DNA of 64,000 bases, taken from contig JBHGNT010000016.1 of assembly GCA_043228905.1 (NCBI GenBank), positions 15,004,001-15,068,000 on the forward strand, in the 5' to 3' direction. Origin of the DNA: Azolla caroliniana. Its lineage: Eukaryota; Plantae; Polypodiophyta. Below, in pieces: positions 25,330 through 36,424 of this stretch. The position numbers and the translations under genes are program-made. Under the pieces are notes generated by a model. The model did not search any database. It had not been told where the DNA came from and was given only the letters and a program-made list of their open reading frames with translations. The number at the start of each line of letters is the position of its first letter. Within the stretch, counting starts at the first letter, position 1.

Positions 25330-27925
25330 ACGATATTAATAAAGATACGGAGAATGAAGGGAGTGCCAATGAAGATATTAATATCGTATTGAAGAATACG
25401 ATATTAATAAAGATACGGAGAATGAAGGGAGTACCAATGAAACATCAAATATCATGGGCGATGGTCACAACAAAGAATTGGATAGTAACAATGTTACACC
25501 AAATTCTATGCAGGAAGAGAAATCTAGAAGCCCTATGCATATTAGAAGAATCCCACAAAGAATTCGTCTGGCTAGATTTAACTTGGTGACATCAGATAAA
25601 TAGATTGGATTTGATGTCAAAAAAATATGTTGTGCCTGTGATTGTATGTCTATGATTGGAAAATAAAAGTTGCGAGAATTAAGGTGATACTATTTTTCGA
25701 TGACTGGTGATGAGCAAGACACTTACCTCGGGTAACATATGCAACTAGTGTCTGACAAATGTACGGGGATCAAAGTATCATTCGAGTATTATATCTTCCA
25801 TGTGCAACAAATATGTAGAGTTGCATTTAAAATTGTGTTATATGTTAGTAACACGCGACTACATAGAGTACAACAACGTCTACTTAGTGGGGATCAGATG
25901 CTTAATTGTAAAGAGGTTCCAAGTATAAAAGGTGCAATTGGAAGACATGCTATTGGTTGGATGAAAAGTTACTTTCAATTAAATTGTGAAGTAATGCCCA
26001 CTACAGGTAGGATGCATCTCTCTGAGAATTACACATGTCGAGAAGTTTATGATGTCTATCGATCTGATATGGTGGGCTCACGTAATAAGTCTATCACATA
26101 TAGCCAATTCACAAGATTATGGAGAGCTCGGTTTTCAAATGTTATCATTCCACGTAAAGTACGCGTGGGGTATTGTTCCATTTGTGCAAATCTTAAAAGT
26201 TTGGCTAAAGGTGCAAAGACATCAATGGAAAAGGATATGAGTAAGAAGTTACTACAAGAGCATCGTGAGGCACAATCGTTAGAACGAAAGAAGGCGATGC
26301 ATCATAGAGAGAAGTGTTTGAAGAGGCCCGAACAATACATGTGCTTAATGATAGATGGCATGGACCAGAAGAAGACGTGCTTGCCGCATATGCGGAGGCT
26401 CCGCAAAGACGTCAATGATGAGTGCCTTGTTCAAATGCACTTGGTGGGATGCTTGGCTTATAATACGTCAATTGGACCTCACGTCCTCATTACATACCCC
26501 AATGTTCACAGTGACCCTAACCTAATAGTTACAATGATTCACCGAGTTTTGATGTCTTGGGGCCAACCTTTCCCCCCTATTCTATACATTCAATTGGACA
26601 ATATTGCTAGAGAGAACAAAAATTCAACCGTGTTTGGCTATCTAAGTGAAAGTCAATTTTCTTTTGGTTGGCCACACACATGATCATATAGATCAGATGT
26701 TTAGCACATTCTCCAGACAGTTGTCTCGACATGATGCTTTCACATTACCTAAACTATTTGATGTCATTTGTGATGCATATAGACCATGCCCAAAAGTGTT
26801 ACGCTTGAAGGAGGTATATGACTTTAAGAGATATATATTAGATGGGGATGTTGGGAATGTTAAAATGATCGCCCGGTTAAACAATATAAGCTTCAATCAC
26901 ATTTTTACGATAAAGAAAAATGAAATAAGTGGTTTTACGCTTTTGTATGCTAAACAATATTCATCTTCGACAACATGGGAACTTGAAGGTGGTTGCCAAT
27001 TATTACTTTGTATGCCGAGTACAATTGTCCATGGAGCTAAGAAAATGCCAATTGAAAAGAAAGGACAGTTGCATTGTGACTTGGTATCGGAACAAAAACA
27101 GTTATGGCTCCAAGCCTTAGAAGAAAAAAGAAAGCATATTGAGGTCGCCAAGAAATATGCCGCACAACAAGACACGTTATGGTAGGATGTATTTTATAGT
27201 GATAAGAAAGGAATTATAGAAAATTGTGTATTTGGTGATAATTGGAATTTGGAAACGCCATTCACATGGTCGCTGCAACATGATCGTGTAAATAAAACTC
27301 CGGAGCAACCAACAAATGCGATTAATGACAGTTTGGTCCATCCACAACAAAGAGACATTTATGTGGGACCAAGGATTAACAAAGCAGCCGAAGCTAGATG
27401 GCAAGGAAATTTGCAAGAGCTCACGGCGGGGATGTTGATTGCAACGCCGGCTGATGAACTCACATGGCCACCAATTTTGGGTTGGTAAAATTCTAGAAGT
27501 GCTAATGCATGAAATAGAAAACACGATCAAGTTTATAAACGTTCATTGGTACAACACTAGAAGTGCAAATTCTTTTACAGGTAAGTATACATTGGAGATG
27601 ATTAAATGCCCAACAACAAGGGGAGGTATGAAGAGGAAGCGAAACATTCGTAACACCCCGACCCTTGATATCTCTGATGTGGATATCATCGTGTATGACT
27701 TCACGCTTACAAAAGCCGGACGATTAAGGAGTCAACAATAGATATAATAAAAGAAAAATTACTAGTGCTACAAGGTGGGGAGTCAAAGGCAAACGAGATC
27801 AGCAGCTACATATAATCTAGAGTCAAACCATTTGGTTTATGATGAAGATAATGCACTGATCGGTAGATCCGAGGATGACGAGGAGGAATCGTCATTGTAT
27901 ATTAGTTATAGTAGTAATTCTTCGT
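25330..27925 (+). pseudogene. DDD/E cut-and-paste transposase, Sola1-like (GHTHxxIDQxFS type)
   Basis: CSIC zinc motif, MIDGMDQ, LYIQLDNIARENKN, FLLVGHTHDHIDQMFS, C-terminal FWVGKI..VHWY domain; frameshifts and stops. Superfamily name from memory of motifs. Confidence 0.75.
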
Positions 27926-28321
27926 AAAGGAGTGATCATGAATGTATTTTTGGCTATTAAGTGTAACTACATTCCGCTTGTAACAAATCGAGTAATATAA
28001 AAGCATGTGTTTTGAATTCTTATGATTTCTAAAAAATTGTTTCTTATAAAATAACATTGGTTGTAAAGTTTCTGATATAAATTGAGAATGTAACTTTTTG
28101 AAATTCCTCTTTTTCTATATACTTCTAAATCATGAAAATAGTGAATTTCTAACCTTTTTCATAGTATGTTTGAACATGTATGATACTGGTATCAATGTGT
28201 TTTGTAAAATCATTGAAAAAGCCCTAAAATCAACCAAGATTTTTCTCATCCTTCCATTTATACGCGATCCTTCCACTTGTCAACGTGAACGTGTTAATAG
28301 ATAATTAGATGCTTATGACAA

Positions 28322-30410
28322 TAGCTAATTAGCTACAAGAATTGCTAATCCCCTACTGGAATAGCTAATTAGCTACTCAGCTAAAGTATGGTAGTAGCTA
28401 ATTAGCTACCACTTAGCTAATTAGCTACTCAGCTGAAGTATAGTAGTAGCTAATTAATTAGCTACCAGTTAGCTAATTAGGGACTCAGCTAAAGTATAGT
28501 GGTAGCTAATTAGCCACTATAACTAAAGTATGGTAGTAGCTAATTAGCTAACACTTAGTTATTTAGCAACTCAGCTAAAGTATGGTAGCAGCTAATTAGC
28601 TACTCAGTTGAAGTATGGTAGTACCTAATTAGCTACCAGTTAGCTAATTAGCGACTCCGCTAAATTATGGTAGTAGCTAATTAGCAACTATAACTAAACT
28701 ATGGTAGTAGCTAATTACCTACCACTGAGCTAATTAGCTACTGTACTAAACTATGGTAGTAGCTAATTAGCTAAGTGGCTACCACTTAGCAAATTACCTA
28801 CTGTACTAAAAATATGGTAGTAACTAATTAGCTACCAGTTAACAAATTAGCTACTGTACTAAACAATGGTAGTATCTAATTAGATACTCAGCTAAAGTAT
28901 GGTAGTAGCTAACTAGCTATCTGGTAACTAATTAGCTACTATACTAAACTTTCGTAATTGCTAATTAGCTACTCAACTAAAGTATGTTAGTAGTTAATTA
29001 GCTAAGTGGTAGCTAATAAGATTGTACTAAACTATTGTAGTGGCTAACTAACTACCACTTAGCTAATTACCTACTGTACTAAACTATGGTAGTAGCTAAT
29101 TAGCTATCATTTAGCTATAGCTACTATACTAAACTATGGTAGTATCTAATTAGCTACCACTTAGCTACTCAAATAAACTATGGTAGTAGCTAATTAGCTA
29201 CTCAACGAAATTATGGTAATAGCTAATCAGCTACCTGTTAGCTAATTAGTAGTAGCTAATTAGCTACCATTTAGCTAATTAGCTACTATATTAAACTATG
29301 GTAGTACCTAATTGGCTATCACTTAGCTAATTAGCTACTCAGCTAAAGTAAGGTAGTAGCTAATTAGCTACCACTTAACTAATTAGCTACTCTACTAAAG
29401 TATGGTAGTAGCTAATTAGCAACTCGGCTAAAGTATGGTACTAGCTAATTAGCCACTATAACTAAAGTATGGTAGTAGCTAATTAGGTACCTCTTAACTA
29501 ATTAGCTACTGTACTAAACAATGGTAGGTGCTAATTAGCTACCACTTAGCTAATTAGTTACTTAGCTAAAGTATGGCAGTAGCTAATTAGCTACCACTTA
29601 GCTAATTACCTATTGTACTAAAGTATGGTAGTAGCTATTCAGCTACCTCTTAGCTAATTACCTATTGTACTAAACTATGGTAGTAGCTAATTAGCTAGTA
29701 CTTAGCTAATTAGCTACTGTACTAAACTATGGTAGAAGCTAATTAGTTGTCACTTAGCTAATTAGTTACTGAGGTAAAGTATGCCAGTAGCTAATTAGCT
29801 ACTGTACTAAACTATGGTAGTAGCTAATTAGCTACCACTTAGCTAATTAGCTACTATACTAAAGTATGGTAGTAGCTAATTAGCTACCACTTAGCTAATT
29901 AGATACTCAGCTAAAGTATGGTAGTAGAGAATTAGCTAAGTGGTAGGTATACCATACTTTAGTTGAGTAGCTAAGTAGCTACTACCATACTTTAGTACGA
30001 TAGTTAATTAGCTAAGTGGTAGCTAATTAGCTACTACCATACTTTAGCTGAGTAGCTAATAATTAGCTACTGCATTAAAGTATGGTTGTAGCTAATTAGC
30101 TACTCAGCTAAAGTATTGTAGTAGCTAATTAGCGACTTTGCTAAAGTATGGTACTAGCTAATTAGCCACTATAACTTAAGCATGGTAGTAGCTAATCAAC
30201 TACAACTTAACTAATTAGCTATTGTACTAAACTATGGTAGTAGCTAATTTGCTACCACTTAGCTAATTAGGTACTCAGCTAAAGTATGGTAGTAACTAAT
30301 TAGCTACTTAGCTAAAGTATGGTAGTGTCTAATTACCTAGCACTTAGCCAATTAGCTAATGTACTAAAGTATGGTAGTAGCTAATTAGCTACCACTTAGC
30401 TATAGAGCTA
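28322..30410. repeat. Array of the 14-bp palindrome TAGCTAATTAGCTA with 5-bp or 19-bp linkers
   Basis: Linkers CCACT, CTCAGCTAAAGTATGGTAG and CTGTACTAAACTATGGTAG; an inverted block at about 29930-30060. Confidence 0.95.
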
Positions 30411-30457
30411 AAGTATATCTATTTTATTACCTAGTTCGATTTATTTATTAGCTTTAG

Positions 30458-32242
30458 GCGAATGCATCCAAATATCAAAGTTCAACTACGAACTTTCGAG
30501 TCTCTTATGCCGCACTTTGTGAAACACTCGAAGGATCAATATACATGTTGCATTTACCATGTACAAATGGGTTTTCTGAAGGACTCTGTTAATCTACTAT
30601 GTCGCCATAGCCCAATTTGTCGATTGAGCCTGCATGAGCACTGTAAATCATCTGAGCATGTTATCTGTTCCATGAGTTGTCTTTTGGATTCAGTATTGTG
30701 TTTGAGAGAAACTGAGGCCATCTTCCACAATCATAAATGTGTCATGGGTTTATGTCAAGATTGTGGCCCTAGTAGATTTAGGTGGTGTCCAAATGAATTG
30801 ATTAGTGAAATATTAATCTCTATCAAGTTATTTGAGGTTAGTTGACACCAATTTCGAAGGAAAGGTGTGTAAAGGAAAGGTTCTAGTTAGGAAGTTGCTT
30901 AAACCAAGGGATTTGGCGTCCCTATTTGTAGTATATCTAGGAAAGTTCATTAAACACAACTTCATTTATTCATGGCAAGCCCATCAGTTTAAGACTAGCA
31001 TATCTTATTTTCCAAATGATATAATAGTCTTAGTAGTAGATTTCGCAGAGAATTATACTTTCAAGCAACAGAATGAAATTCAATCTATACATTAGTGTTC
31101 AGCGTAGGTAACCATTTTTGTGCACATAACATATTTTCAAGTTTCAGGTGATGTTAAAAAAGTAATTCATTTTTTTATGTATGATGATAAGAAGCATGAT
31201 ACCTTGTTCGTCCAACATTGTTTTAACTTACATTGGCAATGGTTATTAGCTTAACATTTGGAGCTTACTCCACATTGGATCTGGTATGATGGAGTTGTGT
31301 CACAATTCAAGGCTAGACGTCCATTTTATTTTGTGGGGAGGTATCCTGCTATAACAGGTTTGGAGATGAGATGGAATTTTTTTGGGTCTGGCCATGGTAA
31401 AGGTGAACATGATGGTGCACATGCTGTTATAAAGTGGGCACTTACCCATGAACAACTAAAAGCACATGGTGTGCAGATGAATTATGCAGCACATGTAGTT
31501 GAATTTTTAAGAGGTAATATGTCAACGAGTGCAACTGGCATTTATTCCTTGCAGGTCCGAGATATCAAACATGAATTTTGGGAAGTGAAGATAGATGAAG
31601 TAAATAGGGAGAAGACTTGGGAGTGCCAAGGAATTCCCGAATTGTAATCTCTCCATGTTGTTCGCGGTTATTCTAGGTTGGATGGTCATTGTATTGCGGT
31701 TAGAGAATTAACTTGTTTTTGCTTCCTTCCATTGTGTGTAGGGAAATTGGAGGTATTGTTTAAATAAAGCATATATTCAAAATTGGGAGTATCATACATT
31801 GAATGATAAGGAAGAAGTTGATGGAGAAACATAAAAGAATGTTGACTTCACATATCAAGGTCGAGGAGATACTCTGAGTGATGTCTTAAATGTTGGAGAT
31901 AATTTCGCTATAAATGCAGAAGAAGGCAATTCAGAGGGTGTTGATTTCTATATATGGAAGTGCACGGTTAGTAAACAGGGTGCAACGCAGAATATATTAG
32001 ATGCTTGGGGAAATGTTGTATCTACCGGGACATTCTACATCGAAGGTATTTTTTATGCAAGACTAGATGATTACGATTATGTGTATAGGCTATTAGAAAA
32101 CAAACCAGTGGCGTACATGTACTCTCATTTGGTTAGGTGCATCAATGTCCCAATGTCGCAATATAATAGTTGCTCAGGTTTATACACAGTTAGTGCTAAT
32201 GTGTATGAATGTATTTACAACAGTATGCCGTGGAATTTGTAG
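30458..32242 (+). pseudogene. Sola2-like DDD transposase
   Basis: Cys/His-rich N-terminal part, VVDFAENYTFKQQNEIQSIH, HWIWYDGVVSQFK, WNFFGSGHGKGEHDG; stops and frameshifts; possible splice acceptor TTTAG ending at 30457. Confidence 0.8.
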
Positions 32243-34297
32243 CTACAAGTAGCAATTACCAGTTTTCTTGTAAAACAAACAAAGCACATGCATTGCAAAT
32301 AAACAGTTTAATGGACCTGTTTGGGAGTTTTTTTTTTATATAGTCTACTTTTTGTGCTTCTTTCTCAATAAAATTGTGTCTTTTTTATATATAGTTTTCT
32401 TTCTGATATACAGTTTAATAATATCGTTTAGGGTTCTTCTTTCTGAGATACAGATTTACTCAAGTGAACCATGTACAAGTTAAAATAGTTTGCATAATTT
32501 AAAGAAAAAGCACTATCTTGAAATCAACAATCCTGAACATACTCTTAAAATTACAAAGTAGATAAGTTACTCAAAACAAGCAATTTAATTCTTCATTGAT
32601 TAATCTGTCATCAAATTACATATTTATAACATCCCATTGCCAATGTCTTCAAATCGCCTATAAACAGCTAAGCTCTTGCTAGTTAGTGGAACTTCTCTAC
32701 ATATATGATTTGCATACCGAGCTTAGTATGGAGTCCACAACCATGTAGCTAGTTGGCAACTCAATGTTTTCACCAAGTAGTGTTCAAGCATTTCATCGAG
32801 TAGAATAAGACAGCATCTGCGAATGTTGAAGTAATGCCGGAAATGTTCTGTATCCAGAATCAAGATATTGTCGGCATTATAATCTGGCCAAGTGGCCCAA
32901 AAATCAGAAAGTCTTTTGAATCTTGCAACATCCTTCTGCTCACAATTCTCTCGTGTCCACGGACCCTTGAAATGTTGTCGCCAATTCAGGAAGAATCTTT
33001 CTACACACTTCCACACATCTGTGTGTGGTTTTTCACTCCAAATAAACAAATCAAAGTATTGCACATCCCACTCCAAAAATTGATTTGCGTTGACGTGACG
33101 ATTTTTGGCTACGGTGTGAAACCGAGTGAGACGAATAAACCAAGGATGTGCAACATTGCACGCGCACTTAACAAATAATCCCAAGGCCTAGTGACACTTG
33201 AGTTCATACAGAGGGGTGCAAGCAAGGTTTGAACCTTGCACCTCTAAGATACAAGATGTTTTGCCTTACCACCAGGACAACTATCATATAGTGTTGATTT
33301 TATGCATTTCCTTTTCATATATGAATTATAGACGAAACAACCATAGAAAACCATGTGCACAAAACCATGGTTCTAAACCCTTGGTTTTGTGCATGAAGAG
33401 AGTTATAAAAACCCTAGTGGAGCTTGTGTAAAGGGGGGCTCAATATATGATATCACCAACACCACTAACATCAATATAATTATATTCTTCTTTATCTTCT
33501 TCATATTTTTCTACTTCTCAAGTGTACAATCTTTCTTCTTCTTAAGTGAACAAATTTTATCCAAACTTACATTGATCGTCATCTCTTTGATAATTCCGTT
33601 GTCGTGAAGAAAACTGTCCACAAGCGGAATCGGTGCACCAGAGCGTAGGAACCGGCTCTTCATGCACGTGCGCCTTATGTTGTACATAGGAGATCCTAGG
33701 CGGGCAGATTCGGTAGGTAGGAAGTAAAGGGGGAAACGGCTCCTTCCTAGCCTATAAAAGGAGGGAGACGAGGAGGAGAAAAGGGATCGCGGAGAGTCGA
33801 GCACGAAGTGCTGTCGGTTTGCGTGCGAAGGCTTCTCTCTCTCTCTCTTTTTCTGGTTGCAAACGCCATAGCTTCCTTCTGTGCAGGTTTCGGGAGGCCC
33901 GCGCTACTCTGAGGAATGCCCGAGTGCTTCCGGCAGCACCTCCAACCTACTCATTCCCCTCTGTTCGTTTACGAGCAGGTATCGGCATCTGTTCGCCGGC
34001 CTGTTCGGTTGTAACCGACTTCGTGTTTTGTTGTCTTCGTGTTCTTGTTGTTTGTCTTGTCAATACATACATACTTTCGTGTCTTTCTGTGTCGCTGTCC
34101 CACTCGCGTCTTTGCGTCGAAGGGCCGTGTCCCTGTGAATCTACGCTCGCACGTAGTGGGTCTCTTTCTCTCTCTCTCTCTCTCTCTTACTCTTCGGTAC
34201 AGGACCCCCGAGGTCCCGCCTCACTCCACGCATCCGCGAGGAATACCTCGACATATTTGGTGAACCCGACGTGAAGGAGGCGGCAGAAGAGCAGAAG

Positions 34298-36424
34298 ATG
34301 AGGGGGTCGGATCTTGCAGAGGCCATGGCTTCGGCCGTGGATCGGATATTGAGCACACGCGAGGGCACCGATGCCCTCGACAGAGCCATTGAGGCGGTCG
34401 TCAGTACGATCGGCCGTTTCAGTGGAAAGGATGCTACGAAGTATTTGGCGTCCTACGGGGCAGAAATGCTGATGCGGGACATTCCGGAAGAGAGGCGTCT
34501 TGCCGGGTTCCCTCGAGTGGCGATGCCGAGCATCCATGCGGAGGTGCTCGAGGTACGGGCGGAGAGCCGTACCTGGGAGGAGTTCGAAGGCCGACTCCTA
34601 GAGAAATATGGGCTGGACGACGCGCTCCGGCTTTCGAAACGGGACTTCATGGAATGGGTGGAGTCCCCCGACAAAGGAAGAAACGCGTCGGCACTCCTCC
34701 GGGAGTTCGAAGAACGCTTTGCGCGCCTTTCGGCGCTTGACCGAACCATTCTGGATAAGAGCCGGGTCCTACTGTTCGTCAAGTCGGTGGACGAGCAGGA
34801 CCGGGATCAAGTCGGCTCCTTGCTGGAAACTGAAGACGGGCTGACAACCGACTGGGCTGCGGTTAAGAGAGTCTGTGGCCGTTTCGACAAACGGCGAGAA
34901 TGGGCTGACAACGGGGCGGCCGGTGCGGGCTCTGTTACAGCAAGGAGGCTTGAACCGGCACCGCAAGTGCGAAGGGAAGAAACCCGGGAATGGCTCAAAA
35001 CCGGTCCGGCTTCGACCAGCATGGTCAATGGCTCGTCCGGAGGAGCAGCGCTAGAGGAGTTGACGCGGGCGATAAAGGATCTCCAGATCGCCCAGACTCG
35101 AAGGGAAGGCGGCGAACCGGCTCGTGACCGACGGCCGGCAACGGGGAACAGGTGCATGTGGTGCGACGAGGTCGGCCACATTCAGAAGGACTGCGGCGAT
35201 TTCGCAGAGGCGTTGAGAAACCGGGTGGTGTACCTGTGGGAAGGCCGGGTGCACGGTGGCGACACCAGGAGGGCCCTGAGCCGAAACGACGGGCGAGGAG
35301 GTATGAAGAGACTGATGGAAGAGGCAGCGGCCCGACACGTGGAGGCCATCCACTACTCGGCGTCAGCCGGTATTCGGGTCGGGGGCAGCGAGGCCCGAAA
35401 GGAGAGTAAAGACGGTTTCTGGTCGGCAATGCTGGAAGGCCTCGCCGGCGCGTGGCTGAGGAAAGATGAAACGGACCGCGCTGAGAGACGGGTCCGGGAA
35501 ATAACCGGGTGGAGCGATCCGGTCGAGGAGAAGACGGGCTTCGTAGAAGCCGCTTGCCAGAACTACGAGGCTCTGGTAGAAGAAAAACGAGTGGGGAAAG
35601 CCGGAGCGGCCGGGCCCTCACAACGGTACGAGACCCGATTCGGGCAACGACGGAACGATGCCGGTGGGCCCGGCCCGCAAGATAACCCCAGGAAGGGCGG
35701 GTACCGACTGGGGACAGAAATAGAAAGGACTACGGACCTACGAAAGGTCCTAGAAGAACGGATCCTCGACAGCAAAGTGGAGCTGTCATTACGGGAGGTG
35801 CTAGGGATCGCCAAGAAGGAGTTCCACGACTCCATTGTAGACTTGGTGAAACGGAAGAGACTGTCGACGGAGACGGAACCGGAAAGACCGGTGGAGGTGC
35901 GGACGACGCACATCGACGACTCGGCGCTGGAAGATGAGTGGGCGGAGAGCCACTATTCGAGGCCACACTGGGCCCGAGTGACCACGGAGACCCCGGTAAA
36001 GATCGGAGATGTTCAGGAACCGGTGGTGGCATTGGTGGACCACGGTTCGGAAATAAACCTGATGTCCATGGACTTCTATAAGAAGGGAAAGTGGCCGATC
36101 AACACTAGGCACGGGTGGAAGATACGGGCGGCGACGCGCGCCACCGAGGAACTGCACGGGGCCTGCCCGAATGTGCGAGTAAAGATCGGCGACGTCGAGA
36201 TTGACCAGCACTTCTTCGTACAGGAGACGTCCTCGCATCCGGTCATATTAGGGGAACCATACATCACGACGGCGAGAATGGAGACCAAGGTGCTGGACAA
36301 CGGTTTGGCCTACGCGAGGGTCAAAAGCCAGGACGGGCGCCATTCGGTGCAATTTCTGACGGTGCGGCCGAACCACGAGAGAAACCGCGAATCCCTCGGT
36401 GGCGAGAGCCGGGAGGATTTTTAG
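34298..36424 (+). CDS. gag: Gypsy Gag-protease ORF1 (intact)
   Basis: Open frame of about 700 aa; zinc knuckle CMWCDEVGHIQKDC; aspartic protease-like ALVDHGSEINLM. First ATG at 34298 (the track starts at GTG 34271). Confidence 0.9.
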   Translation: MRGSDLAEAMASAVDRILSTREGTDALDRAIEAVVSTIGRFSGKDATKYLASYGAEMLMRDIPEERRLAGFPRVAMPSIHAEVLEVRAESRTWEEFEGRLLEKYGLDDALRLSKRDFMEWVESPDKGRNASALLREFEERFARLSALDRTILDKSRVLLFVKSVDEQDRDQVGSLLETEDGLTTDWAAVKRVCGRFDKRREWADNGAAGAGSVTARRLEPAPQVRREETREWLKTGPASTSMVNGSSGGAALEELTRAIKDLQIAQTRREGGEPARDRRPATGNRCMWCDEVGHIQKDCGDFAEALRNRVVYLWEGRVHGGDTRRALSRNDGRGGMKRLMEEAAARHVEAIHYSASAGIRVGGSEARKESKDGFWSAMLEGLAGAWLRKDETDRAERRVREITGWSDPVEEKTGFVEAACQNYEALVEEKRVGKAGAAGPSQRYETRFGQRRNDAGGPGPQDNPRKGGYRLGTEIERTTDLRKVLEERILDSKVELSLREVLGIAKKEFHDSIVDLVKRKRLSTETEPERPVEVRTTHIDDSALEDEWAESHYSRPHWARVTTETPVKIGDVQEPVVALVDHGSEINLMSMDFYKKGKWPINTRHGWKIRAATRATEELHGACPNVRVKIGDVEIDQHFFVQETSSHPVILGEPYITTARMETKVLDNGLAYARVKSQDGRHSVQFLTVRPNHERNRESLGGESREDF

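Noticed and set aside
28322-30410. CRISPR-like array (palindromic repeats with spacers)
   Set aside because: Linkers are themselves repeated (two or three types), the repeat is only 14 bp, there are no cas genes and the context is eukaryotic.
34258-34274. tRNA gene fragments (also the TGGTATCAGAGC sites)
   Set aside because: These are primer-binding sites complementary to tRNA 3' ends, not tRNA genes.
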